64,000 nt of DNA, taken from Selaginella moellendorffii. Taxonomy: Eukaryota > Plantae > Lycopodiophyta. The notes under the pieces were generated by a model. It did no database searches, had not been told where the DNA came from, and saw only the letters and a list, made by a program, of their open reading frames with translations. This document shows positions 61,928 to 64,000 of the stretch, piece by piece (within the stretch, counting starts at the first letter, position 1; every line of letters starts with the position of its first letter). The stretch spans positions 2,795,442-2,859,441 of the forward strand of contig NW_003314268.1 of assembly GCF_000143415.4 (NCBI RefSeq), read 5' to 3'. A program made the position numbers and the translations under genes.

Positions 61928-62620
61928 TTAGACCACATCTTTTTCAAGCCTTAACATTGCTACGAATGCATTTTGGGGAACCTTCACTCTTCCCATTGAT
62001 TTCATTTGTTTATTGCCTTTAGCCTACATCGAAAAAGTGAATTATGTATTAAGTGGCTTATCTACTTGTTTCTTCAACAGCTTCTTCCTTGTTATGTCTC
62101 CTCCTGCAGCATTGGAAGATTTGAAACCTGTACAAAGAGTTGAAAAGAGAGCACAGACCATAGCACTTGGGCCAGCATGTCTTTGCGCAGCAACGACTCT
62201 AGACCCAAGGCATGCCTATAGAGAGATCTCACGGTAAGAATACAGAAAATGAAAGAGGTGACACCTAAATTAAACAGTGAACAAATACATTATCTTTGTG
62301 AAAAATCGCTGATAGTGGCTCCACAAGCTCCCCATTGATTCTTATATCAAGAATGACAAGATCACTCATGCGATATCTGCATGATTAAACATATGATTCA
62401 GTACTAGCTTATGAAGAGCTTTTGATATACCCAGTAATGGAGTACTCCATGCTCACATAGAGACTTCAATTGATCACCGACCATCTACCAAAAGGTTAAC
62501 CAGCATTCAAGCAGAAGAAAATGCTTGAGAGCACAGTACCTCAGCTAGAGGAAGATCATAAACAATATAGGCACGGTTTTCAGTGATATAACTCATCTGA
62601 ATTCTCCTCTCTCATCTGAA
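61928..62620 (-). pseudogene. cpLEPA: Plastid LepA/GUF1 (EF-4) 3' exons, decayed, introns retained
   Basis: ENRAYIVYDLPLAE / MVGD..SMEYSITG / YRMSDLVILDIRING..EPLSAIFHKD / ACLGSRVVA..RKDMLA.CY / GGDITRKKLLKKQ / AKGNKQMKSMGRVKVPQNAFVAMLRLEKDVV*. Confidence 0.85.
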
Positions 62621-62864
62621 AGGTGGTATTTTTCTCATATGCAGCTCAAAACATGTATTTGGGCATGCAGGAATACCATGTTGATTTCACAAATGCCCAT
62701 TGACACAAACCACATGAATATTCCGAGAATATTCCATTGCGGGATTTAATGCCATAATGCTTAAGGGTTAGGAGGTTGGACTAGGGTTCGCTCTCTTGTT
62801 CATTTCACCCGTGCAACAGATGTATGCAACACACATTTTGCCTTGGTGATGTCCCTTTGTAAAG

Positions 62865-63742
62865 GTGGGGTATCTTGCAGTGTCAATTCACTCAGTTGCT
62901 GATGCAAGGGTTGGAGATACCATTACAAGTTCGTGTCATTTAAGCGCGCCATTTACAAGCTCTTCTCCCAGTCGCTGCCATGCTGCTCTTGTCCAGGTCT
63001 TGGTAGCACACCAGAAGGATCTTTGCAACCTTGGTGTCGATGCAAGCTTCTTCCAGATCGGAGTCGGCTATGGATTCCTGCAAGAAATTGGTAAAATTTT
63101 TCTCTAGAGGTATCTTTGCTATTTGTGACTGAACGTATTTCGAGTGCCGAAAGCTGAGGATCCGTCTGTGCTGCTGTTGCTTCTTTTGGCATCACGTAGA
63201 GGTTTCCCAGCACGTAGACTGCTGCCTCCTCTTTCACGTCGAAGATGGCTGGTGTGAGCAAATTTACCAGTGAGTGTTCATGCAAGCAGGCCAAAATCTA
63301 CCTTCAACAACGCTCTATGATTGGTGCGCTCCAACAACACCACCAGTAAGATATCTCTTGAGAAAAGCTTCTAGGATATAGAATGTTACCATGGACAGTG
63401 GAGCCAGCAGCAATCACGCCATCACTCATCTTGTTGTCTCCTTTGCACGCTGTGTAACACTACATTTTTGTTTTTGCAGTTACTACGATCCCTACTGCGG
63501 CGTCATCGTGTACTTTAGAGTCATAGATGGAGCTTGTGTCGAGGAGAATCAGTAAAATTTATGTCTAGTGGAAAGGTGGGTATTTTTCTCATTCAGAACG
63601 TGTATGGGGTATGTCAATTTGCTCAGTTGCTGATGCAAGGGTTGGAGATACCATTACAAGTTCTCCCAGAAAACATGAAAAAGGCGCTTCCTGGATATCA
63701 TCAGGCAACTCCAATGGTTTTCTGTGTATTGATGCAGATCAG
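62865..63742 (+). pseudogene. cpLEPA: Two plastid LepA/GUF1 domain II fragments (62865-62931 and 63479-63742) flanking an unrelated minus-strand gene fragment
   Basis: VGYLAVSIHSVADARVGDTIT; SYYDPYCGVIVYFRVIDG...FMSSGK...SVADARVGDTIT...LPGYHQATPMVFC..DADQ. Confidence 0.85.
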
Positions 63743-64000
63743 TAAGTCTACTTGTTGCACTAATGATATACCTGAACTCGTCCCGTTTCATCAAGTTTCC
63801 CGAGGAAAGTTGGGATTTGGATTTTTCTTGGCCTTATGAGCTGCTCTTTTCTTTTCTTGCCGTGAATGCCGTGAGCTTATCAAACGCTGCTTTGACTCTC
63901 GGCGAGCAAAGCACTCTCGAGAATTAGCCAAGGTGTCAAGGGTCAAGGGATCATTGACCAATTACAGCCATCAAATAAAGCGCCCAGACTTTAACCCAGT

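Overview
Eukaryotic land-plant nuclear DNA. A lycophyte such as Selaginella is likely; this is inferred from GT-AG introns of mostly 45-70 nt, a nuclear-encoded class A penicillin-binding protein, and PLS-type PPR and F-box relics. Layout: (1) 1-12.2 kb is AT-rich decayed retroelement DNA containing a frameshifted, secreted-looking 'unknown domain + bulb-type lectin' gene. (2) 12.2-31.5 kb is a compact gene island: hAT transposase relic, PBP (21 exons; plastid peptidoglycan pathway), NPF8/PTR transporter, HR-like lesion-inducing protein, BTR1/Nova-like KH protein, PTP1, FAAH, and PPR and F-box pseudogenes. (3) 32.8-54.9 kb is a five-level nest of LTR retroelements, resolved by target-site duplications. 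It comprises a chromodomain Ty3/gypsy element (family A) and four copies of a non-coding LTR element (family B). (4) 55-64 kb holds pseudogene debris: a kinase possibly preceded by a nuclease-like domain, a LINE relic, and scrambled plastid LepA/GUF1. The most striking signal is the 4.1 kb internal region of family B (41592-45698). It has no coding capacity but reads as an almost unbroken chain of hairpins with purine-rich loops. It includes a tRNA-like domain with two T-loops and shows compensatory stem changes against an older copy in the same window. This suggests a large structured non-coding retro-RNA (LARD-like) that may depend on a chromovirus. All calls were made by eye, with no database or folding runs.
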